Shown here in pieces: positions 38,131 through 50,450 of a stretch of DNA of 64,000 nucleotides. The stretch is from positions 97,714,001 to 97,778,000 of the forward strand of contig NW_024704742.1 of assembly GCF_018977255.1 (NCBI RefSeq), read 5' to 3'. Made by a program: the position numbers and the translations under genes. The stretch's first letter is position 1. Each line of letters starts with the position of its first letter. The stretch comes from Callorhinchus milii (lineage: Eukaryota). Below the pieces are notes generated by a model, which ran no database searches, had not been told where the DNA came from, and saw only the letters and a list, made by a program, of their open reading frames with translations.

Positions 38131-38524
38131 AGATTCACACTAATCTGCCATAATACACCAATCGGCCACTAGTGGCAGTGCGTCACTCCTAACTGCTTCA
38201 ATGACCCACTGTGTAAAGCAGTTGACTTAAATACCACCTCACATGAGCAGTGAGACAAATGGGCTGACTTGTATGCGGCACTGTGGGAGAAATAGTTCAC
38301 ACTGTCTCAAGTGTTGCAGAACGCTGGTATCCACACTTAAAATAACAACAACTAATCAATGCTTCTCTCCCTCCCCCCCATCCCACCTGAAACCCTTCAC
38401 AGCTAACCAAGCATTGATCTTCAGACCTACACCTTGGGAATGCTGGTTAGTGGAACTATGGTTGATACAACTTTTTCTGTTCAGTATAGTTGATATGTGC
38501 CTACTGGGATTACAATGAAGTGAC

Positions 38525-38822
38525 CGGTGAGCCACAATTTACCCATCGCTTCTCACCATTTCGAAGACTGTTGGCCAGCACAATGGGAGAAATTCCCTTT
38601 ACTTTTCGAATACTGCCACGGGATCTTTAACATCCACCAGAATAGGCCGATGGGACCTCAGTTTAATGTCTCATTCAGAGGATGACATCTCCTACAATAC
38701 AGCACATGCATACAGCATTGAAGTGTCAGTTTGCACTATAAGTGTTCTAAATCTGACGTAGGGTTTGAGCGCACAACCTTCTGACTCAGAGGTGAGACTG
38801 CTACCAACCGAGTCAGACTGAG
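38525..38822 (-). mobile_element. Deu-domain SINE (SacSINE1-like)
   Basis: Minus-strand head CTCGGTTGGTAGCAGTCTCACCTCTGAGTCAGAAGGTTGTG and Deu core TTAAAGATCCCGTGGCAGTATTCGAA. Confidence 0.75.
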
Positions 38823-39497
38823 CCAGCAAAATGAAACCAATACTCAAGTCTTTTCTGTTCAACCTGTTCTGCCCTCCTCCATCTGCTTTACCCACCCACC
38901 CCACCATTGGTGGGAGAGCCTTTAGCCACTCTGCCCCCAACCTCTGGAATTCCATCCCCCAATCACTCCGCCTCGCCCCCGCCTCAGCTTCCTTCAAGAC
39001 CCTCCTCTTTGATCATGCGATCGGCCACCCCTCTTCCCCTCCCCTCTCCCCCCCGACCCTAGCTCGGGTCTGAAATGTTGCACACTACCCAGCGCCTTCG
39101 GACGTCCTCCCGACGTGAAAGTCCTCTACAAATGTAATCTTGTTGTTGTTAATGGATTCAGAAATGCAAGCCCCTGGATCATTGAGTATTCATTTTTTAG
39201 AATTCCAATGCATCTCAGGTATAACAGAACAATAATCAAGTCCTAAAATCTTTCTCTCTGTATTGAGACATGAAAAGAAATCCTGTGAAACTTTTCAAAA
39301 ACGGCCCATCATCTCCCAGAGAAATTGAGTTTACTGATAAATTAACAGCAATCTGTGAGATTATTATTTGAGAGCACAAAATTGCATGCCCAATTTTTCA
39401 CACCAGTGCAATTGTTAATAGCTTTTTTTTCCTGATCAGTGAACCACACGAGCAGTACAATGAGGAATTAAACAGGGTGGCAGAAGAGCACAATTAC

Positions 39498-39686
39498 CTG
39501 TTTGACAGGAGCTCGGACTTTGTTCCAGACGGAGAGGTCAAGTATATTGCCAGGTCACCTCGGCGAGGGTGTGCAATGGTAACTCGGACAACAATGTGTT
39601 CCAGGTACAAAACGTGGTGGTTGAGGTTTTCTGAACATCCAGTGGCTTTGTACACGGCTCTCACAACGTGTTCAGGGCGGATTGTT
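39498..39686 (-). CDS. PCSK5: PCSK5 exon, P domain (TIRPEHVVRAVYKATGCSENLNHHVLYLEHIVVRVTIAHPRRGDLAIYLTSPSGTKSELLSNR)
   Basis: 189 nt; acceptor gctatag, donor gtaatt; RRGDL motif at 39551-39565; phase 2 to 2. Confidence 0.96.
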
Positions 39687-41784
39687 CTATAGCAAAGAGA
39701 GAAACAGAAAAGAAGTTAGAAATCACAAGGTCCTCAAACAAGCTGAGTGGCTGCCTGTGCTGAAACAGTCTCACATTGCTGAACAATCAGCACAGCTTCA
39801 GACTTCATTTCTATTATCACAGCAAATGGTCAGAAGCTGTGGTAACAGACACACATTAACTTCTTTGCAAAGTATTTCTATTATTGAGGTTATTCTCAGC
39901 ATAGGTTAAAGGCACAACAATAAGTAAGTGAGCAACGAGGAAAAGCCATTTAACCCGATGTTCTTTTACCATATTCCATGCAAAACCTACCCTCTTGTAG
40001 ACTCAACCGACTCTGCCTATCTCCTGCATAGAAATTTTGCATAGAAACTGCCTGAACCCCAGGTAGACCATATCCGTAACCAACCCAAATCTCTTCACTT
40101 CTACAGTCAACTCTGTCCCAAACATAGCAGCATAGAAATAACAGTAGTTGCTAAAATGACCAAACCATCTCAGTTTGTTTGCACCATTCACTACTTCCTT
40201 TGCTTGTCCCTTGCTCTGCCCTCCCCACCGTCAGGCCTTCAGTCTTTCTGCCTCCACCCTCTGGTACTCCATCCCAGAGTCCTGTCCCTCACCCCTTCAA
40301 GATTTGTCTCAAGACCTTCCTCTTTGACCGTGCCTTCAGTCATCTTCCCATCCCCAAATCCCCTGCCCTCCACCATTCTTGAATTCAACCCCCAGCTGGG
40401 GTGCAAACCCTTGACTATCCAGCACTGTGGAATATCCTCCTGACTTGAAAGGTGCTATATAAATGCATGTGCTGTTTGTTGTTATTGTTCCTCCAGAACT
40501 GTCAACAAACAAACAGATCCTGATCCATTTCTTTAAGAAATGGGAGAATGCAATGAAACCTGCTGATGTTTCATCAGGAGTTTTCAGATTCTGCTTCAAC
40601 TTATATATAATAATAAGCCTTGCATTTGATATAGCGCTTTTCACGTTTTCTTTTCTAGACGTTCAAAGCGCTTCACAGAGCTTCACAGAATATACTGTAA
40701 AGTGAATTGACTGTGTATTTGTGGGCAAATTTAATAATCCAATTTAATGAACAGTGAATAATGACTGAGAACACAAACGTGTGAAATGTCAAACCTTCAG
40801 AGAGACCTATTGACTCTCTTCAACCACCCAGAAGATACTGCATTCAGATCAATTTTAATATCAGAATCACACACAAATTTGTTTAACCCTTGGTTCAACA
40901 GAAAATCTTGACAATTTCGATCTTCAAAGATGTTCTGATGATCCATACATCAGTGTTTTTTTAATACAAAAGTGTGGGAACAGACAACCAGCTGCCTGCA
41001 CCATGAAATAGGCCTTTGTGCCTCATTATAGCGCAGGTTGGGATTTTATAGATGCCAAACACCACGTTATATCAGCACTCTACTGCGTACAGAAAACTTC
41101 TCAATCTTTGAAACACTGACAAAAATCTGTTTTGAATAAAACTTTGTCACACACATACACACACACACGGAGGGTTGACATTTATTGCTTCCTGATGTGT
41201 TTTAACCAACAGTTGGGACATCCTCTGGGAAAGACTGCTGCCAACCCATCTACCTAAAGTAGCAAAGGGCAACTCTCATTAAGCAGAAACCAGTCACTTT
41301 GAAATACATTATTATTGCAGGACAACTAAATTGATAATAATTGATGAGTGCAGAGGTTTAATTAATTACTGTAAAAGGGCTCTGCTCTTCTTCAAAGACA
41401 ATTTGTTTGGAGCCTGGTATAATTGTACATTAGAGACGAGGTCCAAATATAGACAATTTTGAAGTACCATTCAAAAATTGCAATTCCTCGTTCTATACTT
41501 TTGAAGGCCCAACCATACATTCTTCATTGATCATATGCTAGTCTTTCCTGCTAGGTCATCTACACACTACAACTTAAGAAAATATAATGAAAAATAGATC
41601 ATTTGGTCAATTAAACCTTTTTCTTCACTCAAAGATCTGTTCGTTGAAATTCAATACAAGTGCCTACTGAGACTGGATCAATCATCAGCTTGGCTCAGCT
41701 GGTTGCACTCTTGCTTGTGGGTCAGAAGGTTGTGAGTTCAAATCCCATTTCAGGACTTTGCTATTACAGTGTAGGCTGACACTA

Positions 41785-43535
41785 CTAGAATCATAGAATT
41801 ATACAGCACAGAAGGAGGCCATTCGGCCCATTGTGCCCTTTCGGCTCTTGGAAAGAGCTGTCCAAATTAATCCCATACTCCCGCTCTCTCCCCACAGCCT
41901 TGCAAACTTGTTCTCCCCAAATATCTATTCACTTCACTCTTGAAAGTTGTTATCGAATCTGCTTCCACCACCCTTTCAGGCAGTGCATTCCAGATCTGAA
42001 CAACTTGTGTGAAAAAAATTCTCCAGATCTTCTCTCTGGTTCTTTTGACAACTTTTCTTAAATCTGTGACCTCTGGTTACAGACCCATCCACCAGTGAAA
42101 ACAGTTTCTCCTTGTTCACTCTAACAAATCCCCTCATAATTGTGAGCACCTCTATTAAATCTCCCCTTAATCTTCTCTGCTCCAAAGAGAACAATCGTTG
42201 CTTTTCTAGCCTCTTCACACAACAACAATTTCAAAATTCCCAAATTATATTTGTATAGCGCCTTTCACATCGGGAGGACATCCCAAGGCGCTGGATGGTC
42301 AGTGTTTCGGACCTGAGCTGGGGTTTGGGATCAGGGAGGGTGGAGGGCAGAAAGGAGGGTGACTGAAGGCATGGTCGAAGAGGAGGGTCTTGAGACAGGT
42401 CTTGAAGGAGGCAATGGAGGGGGCAAGGCGGAGGGACTGCGGGATGGAGTTCCAGAGGGTGCAGAATGGCTGCAGGCCCATCCACCAAATGGGGGTGAGT
42501 GAGGCGGGGGACGTGAAGCAGGCCAGAGCCCGTTGAGCGGGCAGGTTGGAAGGGGGTTAGGAGGTTACAGATGTTGGGAGAAGGAGAGCCTTGGAAGGTG
42601 AGGACCAGAATCTTGAACTGTATCCTCTGTGTGATGGGAATCCAGTGGAGTCGGATAAGAATAGGGGTCATAGGGTCATGGAGCCTGATGCGGGAGAGGA
42701 TATGGACTGCAGAGTTCTGGGTGATCTGTAGCCTATGAAGGAAGGAGTTGGAGAGGCTGTCAAGCAGAGTTTGCATAGTCAAGCCTGGATGTTATGAATG
42801 GATATATGAGGGTCTCTGTGGCCTACGGTGTGAGACAGTAGCAGAGCGGACGATGTTGCGGAGGTGGGGGAAGGCAGAGTAGGTCATGGCATAGATGTGG
42901 GGTAGAAAGGATAGTTGAGGGTCGAACAAGACGACAAGTTTCCCGGCTGGTTCAGTGAGGTAGAGCGTGCATCCCTCATTCCTGGTACCATCCTGGTAAA
43001 TCTCCTTTGCACCCTCTCCAAGGCCTTGACATCTTCCTAAAGTGTGGTGCCCAGAATTGAACATAGTACTCTAGCTGAGGCCTAACCAGTGTTACTTTTG
43101 TATTGTATGCCCCTATTTATAAAGCCAAGGATTCAGCATTTTTGTTTTAAAAAGCAGCTTTATCTACCTGTCCTGTTACCTTCAAGGATTTGCTTATGTG
43201 AAACCCCAGGTCTCTCTGTTCCTGCACCCCCTTTAAGATGCTACCATCTAGCTTAATATTGCTCATTCTTCCTCCCAAAATGCATCACTTTGCATTTCTC
43301 TGCATTAAATTTAATCTGCCACATGTCTGCCCATTTCACCAGTCTAAGTCTTCCTGCAGTCTACTACTATCCTCCTCACCATTTGCTACTTTTCCTAGCT
43401 TTGAAATTGTGCAAACTTGGAAATTGTGCTCCCTGTACCCAGGTCCAGGTCATTTATAAAGATTAAAAAGATCAGTGGTCCTAATACTGACCTTGAGGGA
43501 CACCACTGTATACTTCCCTCCAGTCAGAAAAACTG
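41785..43535 (-). mobile_element. CR1 LINE 3' portion interrupted by an L2 fragment (about 42222-42965)
   Basis: LFSLEQRRLRGDLIEV...TRGHRFK motif and CR1 3' tail; the CR1 sequence resumes after the L2 insert. Confidence 0.88.
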
Positions 43536-43731
43536 ACTGAGGAGGAATGCTGTTAAGAGCTGTTGTCCTTTGGATGATGAATAGGGGTATAGAATACAAA
43601 AGTAAGGAGGTCTGCCAGTCTAAATTGATATTAAAGATAACATGGCACGGTTTGAAAAGAGAAGGGAGTTTCTCCCAGTAACCTAACCATTATTTCCCTA
43701 GATAAATTGGTTATTCACTTCATAGTTATTA

Positions 43732-43935
43732 CAACAACAACAACAACAAGATTCCATTTATAGAGCGCCTTTCACGTCAGGAGGACGTCCCAAGGCGCTG
43801 CACAGTTGGGTCATGACCCGAGCAGGGGGGAAATGGTCAGGGTGAGGGGAGGGAAGGGAGGGAGAGAGGAGGGGGGAAATGGTCAGGGTGAGGGGAGGGA
43901 AGGGAGGGAGCGAGGAGGAGGAAGAGAGTCGAGGC
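43732..43935 (-). mobile_element. Young L2 3' end with (TTG)n tail
   Basis: Near-identical to 45462-45660 and 62404-62560. Confidence 0.85.
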
Positions 43936-44244
43936 AACATTAGGGGGACTCTCACAAAATGGTTGCTGCGCCCAGCTACAAATAATCTATATATTTGACA
44001 GCAATTATTTGTGAAGCTCTTTGAAACTTTTGGCCATGATAGGTTTTCACAAGTGCAAGAATCATTCTGAATTCCATCCAATGTCCTATTCTCTGAATTC
44101 TATTCAATGTCCTCGTGTACAAGAGTATATCCCAAACTGCAAACTTTATGATGACCCGTTTACGCCTCAAGACCTTCCTCTTTGAAAGAGTTTTTGGCCA
44201 TCTCTTCCCCCGCCCCCACCCTCCTCCACACCCATATTAAGTGC

Positions 44245-46235
44245 AACAACAACAACTTGGATTTATATCATGTCCTCCACGCCAGACGGCGTCTCAGAGT
44301 GCTTCACAGTAACAGATCCCAAGCCAGGGGGAGGAAGGTGACCAAAGGCGGGGTCAAAAAGAAAGGTCTTCAGCAGAAACCTGAAAATAGGAAGAGAGGG
44401 GGCGAGGCAAAGGGAATGAGGAAGGGAGTTCCAAAGCCTCGGGGCATAGTGGCTGAATGCACGGCTGCCGAGGGTGGAGTGGAGAACTCCGGGGACAAGG
44501 AAGAGGCCAGACCCGGAGGAACAAAGGCAACAGGCACTGTTTTGAGGAGAGAAGAGGTCAGAGAGGTAGGGTGGTGCGGAGGAGTGGAGGGATTTGAAGA
44601 CAATGGTGAGGATCTTGAAATCGATCCTCTCTGGGACAGGCAGCCAGTGCAGTCTGGCAAGGACTGGGGTAATCGGGGAGTGGAGTTTGGTGTGGGTGAG
44701 AATGCGGGCGGCAGAGTTTTAAATGATCTGGATTTTATGGATGGTAGTGGAGGGGAGGCTGGCGAGGAGGGCATTTGAATAGTCCAGCCGAGAGGTGACA
44801 AAGGCATGGACCAGGGTTTCAGCAGCTTTCAGAGAGAGGTATTGGGAGGAGACAGGCGATGTGTCAGAGGTGGAAAAAAGCGGTGCTGTTGAGGGACTGG
44901 ATATGGGGTAGGAAGAATAATTGGGGGTCGAACCTGACGCCTAGGTTGCGTACAGGTTCAGAGAGTTTTAGGGGGAGGTCAGGTAGATGGAGGAGGTGAG
45001 AACCGTGAGATTTCAGATGTGAACGAGAATCAGAGTATGGCTTCCGTCTTGTCAACGTTCAGCTGAAGGAAATTTGCACTCATCTAAGTCCTGAGATCTG
45101 ACAGGCAGGCTGACAAAACATCAGGGAACTGAGGGTCGCAAAGTAAGGTGGAAAAATAGAGTTGGGTGTCGCCCGCATACATGTGGAAATGTACCCCATG
45201 TCTGCGGATGACATCCCCAAGAGGGAGCATGTAGATCAGAAAGAGGAGAGGGCGAAGGATGGATCCTTGGGTTACCCCACAGGTAAACCGGGTGAGAGCG
45301 GGAGGAGAAGCCTGTTGTGCAGATGTACTGCTGGTGGTTTGTGAGGTAGGACTCGAACCAGGCGAGTGCAGTCCCACTGAGGTGGATGACAGAGGAAAGG
45401 CGGTGGAGGAGGATGGCGTGATCGACTGTGTCGAACGCGGCGGAGAGGTCCAGGAGGACAACAACAACAACAACAACAAGATTCCATTTATAAAGCGCCT
45501 TTCACGTCAGGAGGACGTCCCAAGGCGCTGCACAGTTGGGTCATGACCCGAGCAGGGGGGAAATGGTCAGGGGAGGGGAGGGAGCGAGGAGGGGGAAATG
45601 GTCAGGGTGAGGGGAGGGATGGGAGGGAGCGAGAAGGGGGAAGAGAGTCGAGAGGGGAGCTGAAGGCTCGGTCAAAGAGAAAGGTTTTGAGACCGGCCTT
45701 GAAGGAGGAAAGGGAGGAGCGGCGAAGGCACTGGGGGATAGAGTTCCAGAGCCTCGGGGCTGAGAGGCTGAAGGCCCGACCACCAATGGTAGGGCGATTG
45801 GGGCGGGGGACGTGGAGCAGACCGGAGCCGGAGGAACGGAGGGTATGGGCAGGTAGGTAGGGGGATAGTAGGTTGGAGAGGTAGGAGGGAGCAAGGCCGT
45901 GAATGGCCTTGTAGGTGAGGATGAGGATCTTGAAATCAATGCTCTGGGGGATGGGGAGCCAGTGGAGGCGAGCGAGGGTGGGAGTGATGTGGACAAGGAG
46001 GCAGAGGGAGCCCTGGTCAAGGTAGAGAGGATGTCGTTTAAACTTTCACAAGCACAGTCTCTGTACTGTGGGTGGAAACCGGAGGGGTTGGTAGAGGGAG
46101 TGGGAGAAGAGGTGTGCGCGAAGTTGATTGGCAACAATGGTTCTAGGACTTTTGTGAGGAAGGGCAGGTTAGAAATAGAGTGGTAGTGGCTGGGGTTTGA
46201 GAGATCTAGGGAAGGTTTTTTGAGGAAATCCTGGA
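44245..46235 (-). mobile_element. Older L2 LINE (RT region) with a nested young L2 at 45462-45990
   Basis: GVTQGSILRPLLFLIYM, HMYAGDTQLY and ISNLPFLTKVLE motifs; TSD GGACAA at 45456-45461 and 45991-45996. Confidence 0.92.
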
Positions 46236-47904
46236 CTTGGGACATCTTCCCGATGTGAAAGGTGCCATGTAAATGTAAATTTATATTGCATTGTATGCTG
46301 CTGGAAAAGATCTGAAATCACTTCTAGCAGGAATGAATAGATGTGGAAATCAGTGCTGAAACCAATGGAATGTTATTCAAGATTTGGGAATGCAATTGGC
46401 TCTTTAAACACTAAAAAATGTCCATCAAAAGAATGCATCGCCCAAGTATTGTTCAGGACCCGCTTCTGAGCAGAAAGTGATCAATGTGGACCTTTCTTGC
46501 CAAAACCATCTCCTCAAGGTGAATTTTTCAGGCGTCTCCCTTGTGATTCATTTCAAGATCAAAGATAGGAATTACTCTGCCTTTGAAGTAATAGTTTTGT
46601 AGAAAAAATAAAATTGGTCCTTCACTTCACAGCTGTGGTGGGACGTTGCTGTTGTGAAAATTGGCTGCCATGAACCCCAACCCACATTCCCTTCGCCTCG
46701 CTCCCCCACTCCGTTGCCTCCTTCAAGGAACGCCTCAAGAACAACCCACCCCCCCACTGGGTGCTAATCCCTGACTGTCCAGCGCCTTGGGACATCCTCT
46801 CGATGTGAAAGGCCCTTTACAAACGTAATTTTCTTGTTCACCCATATGACACACAGTCACCGCACTTTACAGTGTATCCAGTGAAGCACTTTGGGATGTC
46901 CTCCGGACATGAAAGATGCTATACGAAGTGTCAGGATTATTATTAATTAGCATCATTAATTCGGTACTTTTTTTCAGTGAAGTACAATAGATATGAAATT
47001 ACCATGGCCATGTTAAAGAAACCTGCCAAATTAGAGTCAGATTGTGCTTCCCAGAATCTTTTCAAGCATGAATCCGACAGCCATCGCAGAGAGAGCTTTT
47101 CTCCAGCCTATCAGTCTGAGGGGTGTTCGTAAACCCAGGCCCAGAGGTTAGAAACAGCTGCTTTACAAGGACTTGACACACATCAAAAAACACACACACC
47201 AAAAAAACACACACAAGTTTTGAGAGGAAATCATTCAACTCACATTTGAGAGTGGGTTTGCTGTGTTTTTTACATTGGCTTGACATCGACTGAGAATGCT
47301 ACATTGGCTCTCCCAAATCTCAACAGTGCCCCTGACCAATTACTGACAGTTCCTGGTGGGAGAACCTTGTGGTGGGATCCAAATCCACATAGAGAATGGC
47401 CAATTGGCAGTGCACAGTTGCTTTACAACTCGCAAATCCTTCTCAAACGTCTGTAGGTTTAACTCACATGTTTTTGAAAAATATACAGGCTTGGGTGATT
47501 AATAATGCTTTTGAAAAGTACAGTGTTGATTTATAAAAGCTGTTCAACTGTTGAGGGAGTTCTGTGCTCTTTGTGAGTATGTTTCATCATTCTCTTAAAA
47601 TGCCAGGAACTGCTTGGCTAACACCCCCATGGACCTGTATTATGTAAGGGAGTCTCAAGAAGCACTCACTCAACAAAATGCTCCAGACATATAGAATCGT
47701 GCATAAATTCTTCACCACTGACTATGGACATTTGTTAAGTTGTGAAATAGCAGTGAACGCTTTGAAACATCTGCTGGCATTTTGATTCAGTCCAAAATAA
47801 GCCTGGTTTGAATAACTTACAATTAAAACACCCAACAGAATATTTAAAACCATCTGGCTTATCAATACCCCAGAGAAGTTAAAACACTTATTAAAAGGAA
47901 TTAG

Positions 47905-48195
47905 CCACAGTGCTTTGCTTTCAAGCAGGAGGTTGTGGTTTCAAGCCCCGGGTCGGGACTTCAAACTCAGTGCTGAGGGAACGCTGCATTGTTGGAGGTA
48001 CCGTTTTCAATTGAGACTTTAACCTGAGGCCCCGCCTATTCAGGTAAACATTAAAGATCCCATGGAACTATTTGAAAAGAGAAAAGAGCTTCTCCCATTG
48101 TCCTGGTTAACAATCCCCCAAATTGATTTGGTCATTTACAAGCTTGGTGGTTATTTGTGACACATTGCTGTATGCAAATTGGCTGCCTACAAAAT
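47905..48195 (+). mobile_element. Deu-domain SINE (SacSINE1/AmnSINE1-like)
   Basis: Core TTAAAGATCCCATGGAACTATTTGAA...TTGCTGTATGCAAATTGGCTGCC; ends about 55 nt from an exon donor. Confidence 0.8.
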
Positions 48196-48250
48196 ATATT
48201 TATAGTATATCTTAACACACTGTATCAAATGCAAAGATGATGATGAGTAC

Positions 48251-48368
48251 CTGCTCTGCTTGTCTGGACTCTCCACACAGATATGTTGGGGTGGGACCGA
48301 TTTCCAGCGCTCTGCTTCTTTCACCATCGCTTCAGCATCCATTAATCCAAATCCATACAGGTGGCTCA
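48251..48368 (-). CDS. PCSK5: PCSK5 exon (VSHLYGFGLMDAEAMVKEAERWKSVPPQHICVESPDKQSR)
   Basis: 118 nt; acceptor ttgacag, donor gtactc; phase 1 to 2; YGFGLMDA convertase motif. Confidence 0.95.
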
Positions 48369-50149
48369 CTGTCAATAAAAAAATTCAGCCGTCAGCCACT
48401 TCTACAAACCCATTACTTCCACTACAGCATTACGGTACATAGATGCACTCTCCACCTTACCAGTACTGAACCTCGTCTTGTTCCATTCAACTGTCCCACA
48501 TCCGTGCCTTGACTCATTCAACTTTCCCCGTTTACACAACATTGCCCGCCTCCTCCATTATTTCTCCACTCAGGCTACTGAAACCCTCATCCATGCTTTT
48601 ATCACAGCAAGGTTTGACTATGCTAACTCCCTGCTCGCTGGACTTCCCAACTCTACTGAGTATTCCTTCCTTTGTCCTGTATGTAACATAACACCAGCTT
48701 CATTGTACTACCAGACATCCACAAATGTCCATTGTACCTGGAAACCATTATGGATTTACTTGCACACTGTACACCTTCCAAAATCCTGAGCAGCACATCA
48801 ACAATATGGTCAGACTTTGGTTTACTCGGTCTGAAGTCATTAACCGTTTGTAGCCTATCTGTATAGGTATGAGTGTATGTCTAAAGAGCATGGAGTGTGT
48901 TTGTACGTGTGTGTGAACAAATGGCCAGATATGATATGCATACCTTTAGGGGCAAATAAAGCACAAAACCATGCTGGCCTTAATTTTTACATACCAGCAG
49001 GAGCGAAGCAAATAATTTTATCTGATGACAGTGGCATCTTCGAGTTAACCTTGCATTCACAGAGTTCAAGTTACAAGGGAGGTGTATTTTATGAAGACCT
49101 ATCGAAGTGGAACAAGTCCAACAGTAACAGACTCCAGCTTAATAGTACAGCAGATTTTTAGTATTTTGTGGGTGAAATTACTTTCATAGAATCTTAGAAT
49201 GTTACGGCAGAGAAGGAGGCCTTTCGGCCCATAGAGTCTGTGCCGGCTCTTTGACAGAGCAACTGACTTTTATTAACCCCACTCACCAGCTTTCTCCCCA
49301 TAACTCTGCAAACCTGTCTTCTCCAGATACCTATCCACTTTGGAATAAATGGGGTTCAGCTGGCTTGGAGATGTGGGCAGACTTTGGTTTGAACCACTTG
49401 CCTCAGTAGGATGCCCTTCAGAAGTGAAATGTGCTATATAAATGTAATTGTTGTTGTTTTGTTAGACAAGTGTAGTCTCTGGCTCATATAGAACAAGGTG
49501 TGACGCTACCTTTGTGTATGTCCTGATCTTACTGGCAATTGCCTAGTGGATTTAAATTTATGAACGGAATGCCAAAGAACGAGAGCATTAGTTACTCAAG
49601 CCAGAGAAAGGCTTAGTAGCCTAAAACTAAACTTTATCCATTAATTCGGGCAGACTCCATTCTATTCTAACAAGCAGGACTAAAAATTGAGGGAACTGAG
49701 TTGGTAGCATACAATTTGGAAAATTGGCCATCAAATGAACTCATGTGCAGGGCCAGTATAGAGGTTTCTCATCCAGAAACACTTAGCCTACAGTTCATTG
49801 AGCATCTGGTTCCAATTTTGGAACTGGCAGTTGACTTTCTGAATTAACACGCCTAACCTACGGCTTCCTTAAGTACAAACCACAGGAAGGTATTCCTCAA
49901 TGTGGGTTCTACTCATTACAACTGCTGGACTCTGCGACCTAAACCAGATGACTCCATCCTTTCCACATTGGCAGTTTTGTTGAAAGATTTTTAATAAAAG
50001 GCTGGGATTTATTAAAAAGTCGGGTCACTTGAGACAGAATCCTCCAGCCTTGGCTCCAAATAGCAGCTACAGGTATTTAATACATCATTAACGTTCCATT
50101 AACCATGGCAAAACATTTTCATGAGGGCATTAGTTCACATATTGCTGAG

Positions 50150-50450
50150 GCAGCCTCCATGGTGTGGCAGATAGAGCTGGAGTTTACAGACCAGGTAATG
50201 GGTGGTTCAAACCCCAGTCTGTGCTGAGTTTGCTGTCTCAATGGGGTTGTATGGGGAGCCCAAACTAGCTCTGTCTCAAAGGGGAAAACTAGGCTCCCCA
50301 GAGACATCCTCTTCAGTTGAGTGGTCTACCAATACTCACAGACCAACAATGACCATTTCACTGGGGTACAGGAGGGCAACCAGTGACTATGGAACCGCTT
50401 CTCAGTTCAAGAAAGCTAACCTAAGAGCAGAAGAGCATAGTGAGGAGTAA
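50150..50450 (+). mobile_element. Old SINE-like repeat (third family); related pieces at about 10175-10560, 53720-53890 and 61590-61700
   Basis: Shared ACAGACCAG...GGTTCAA...CAGTCTGTRCTG head with a B-box-like motif. Confidence 0.5.
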
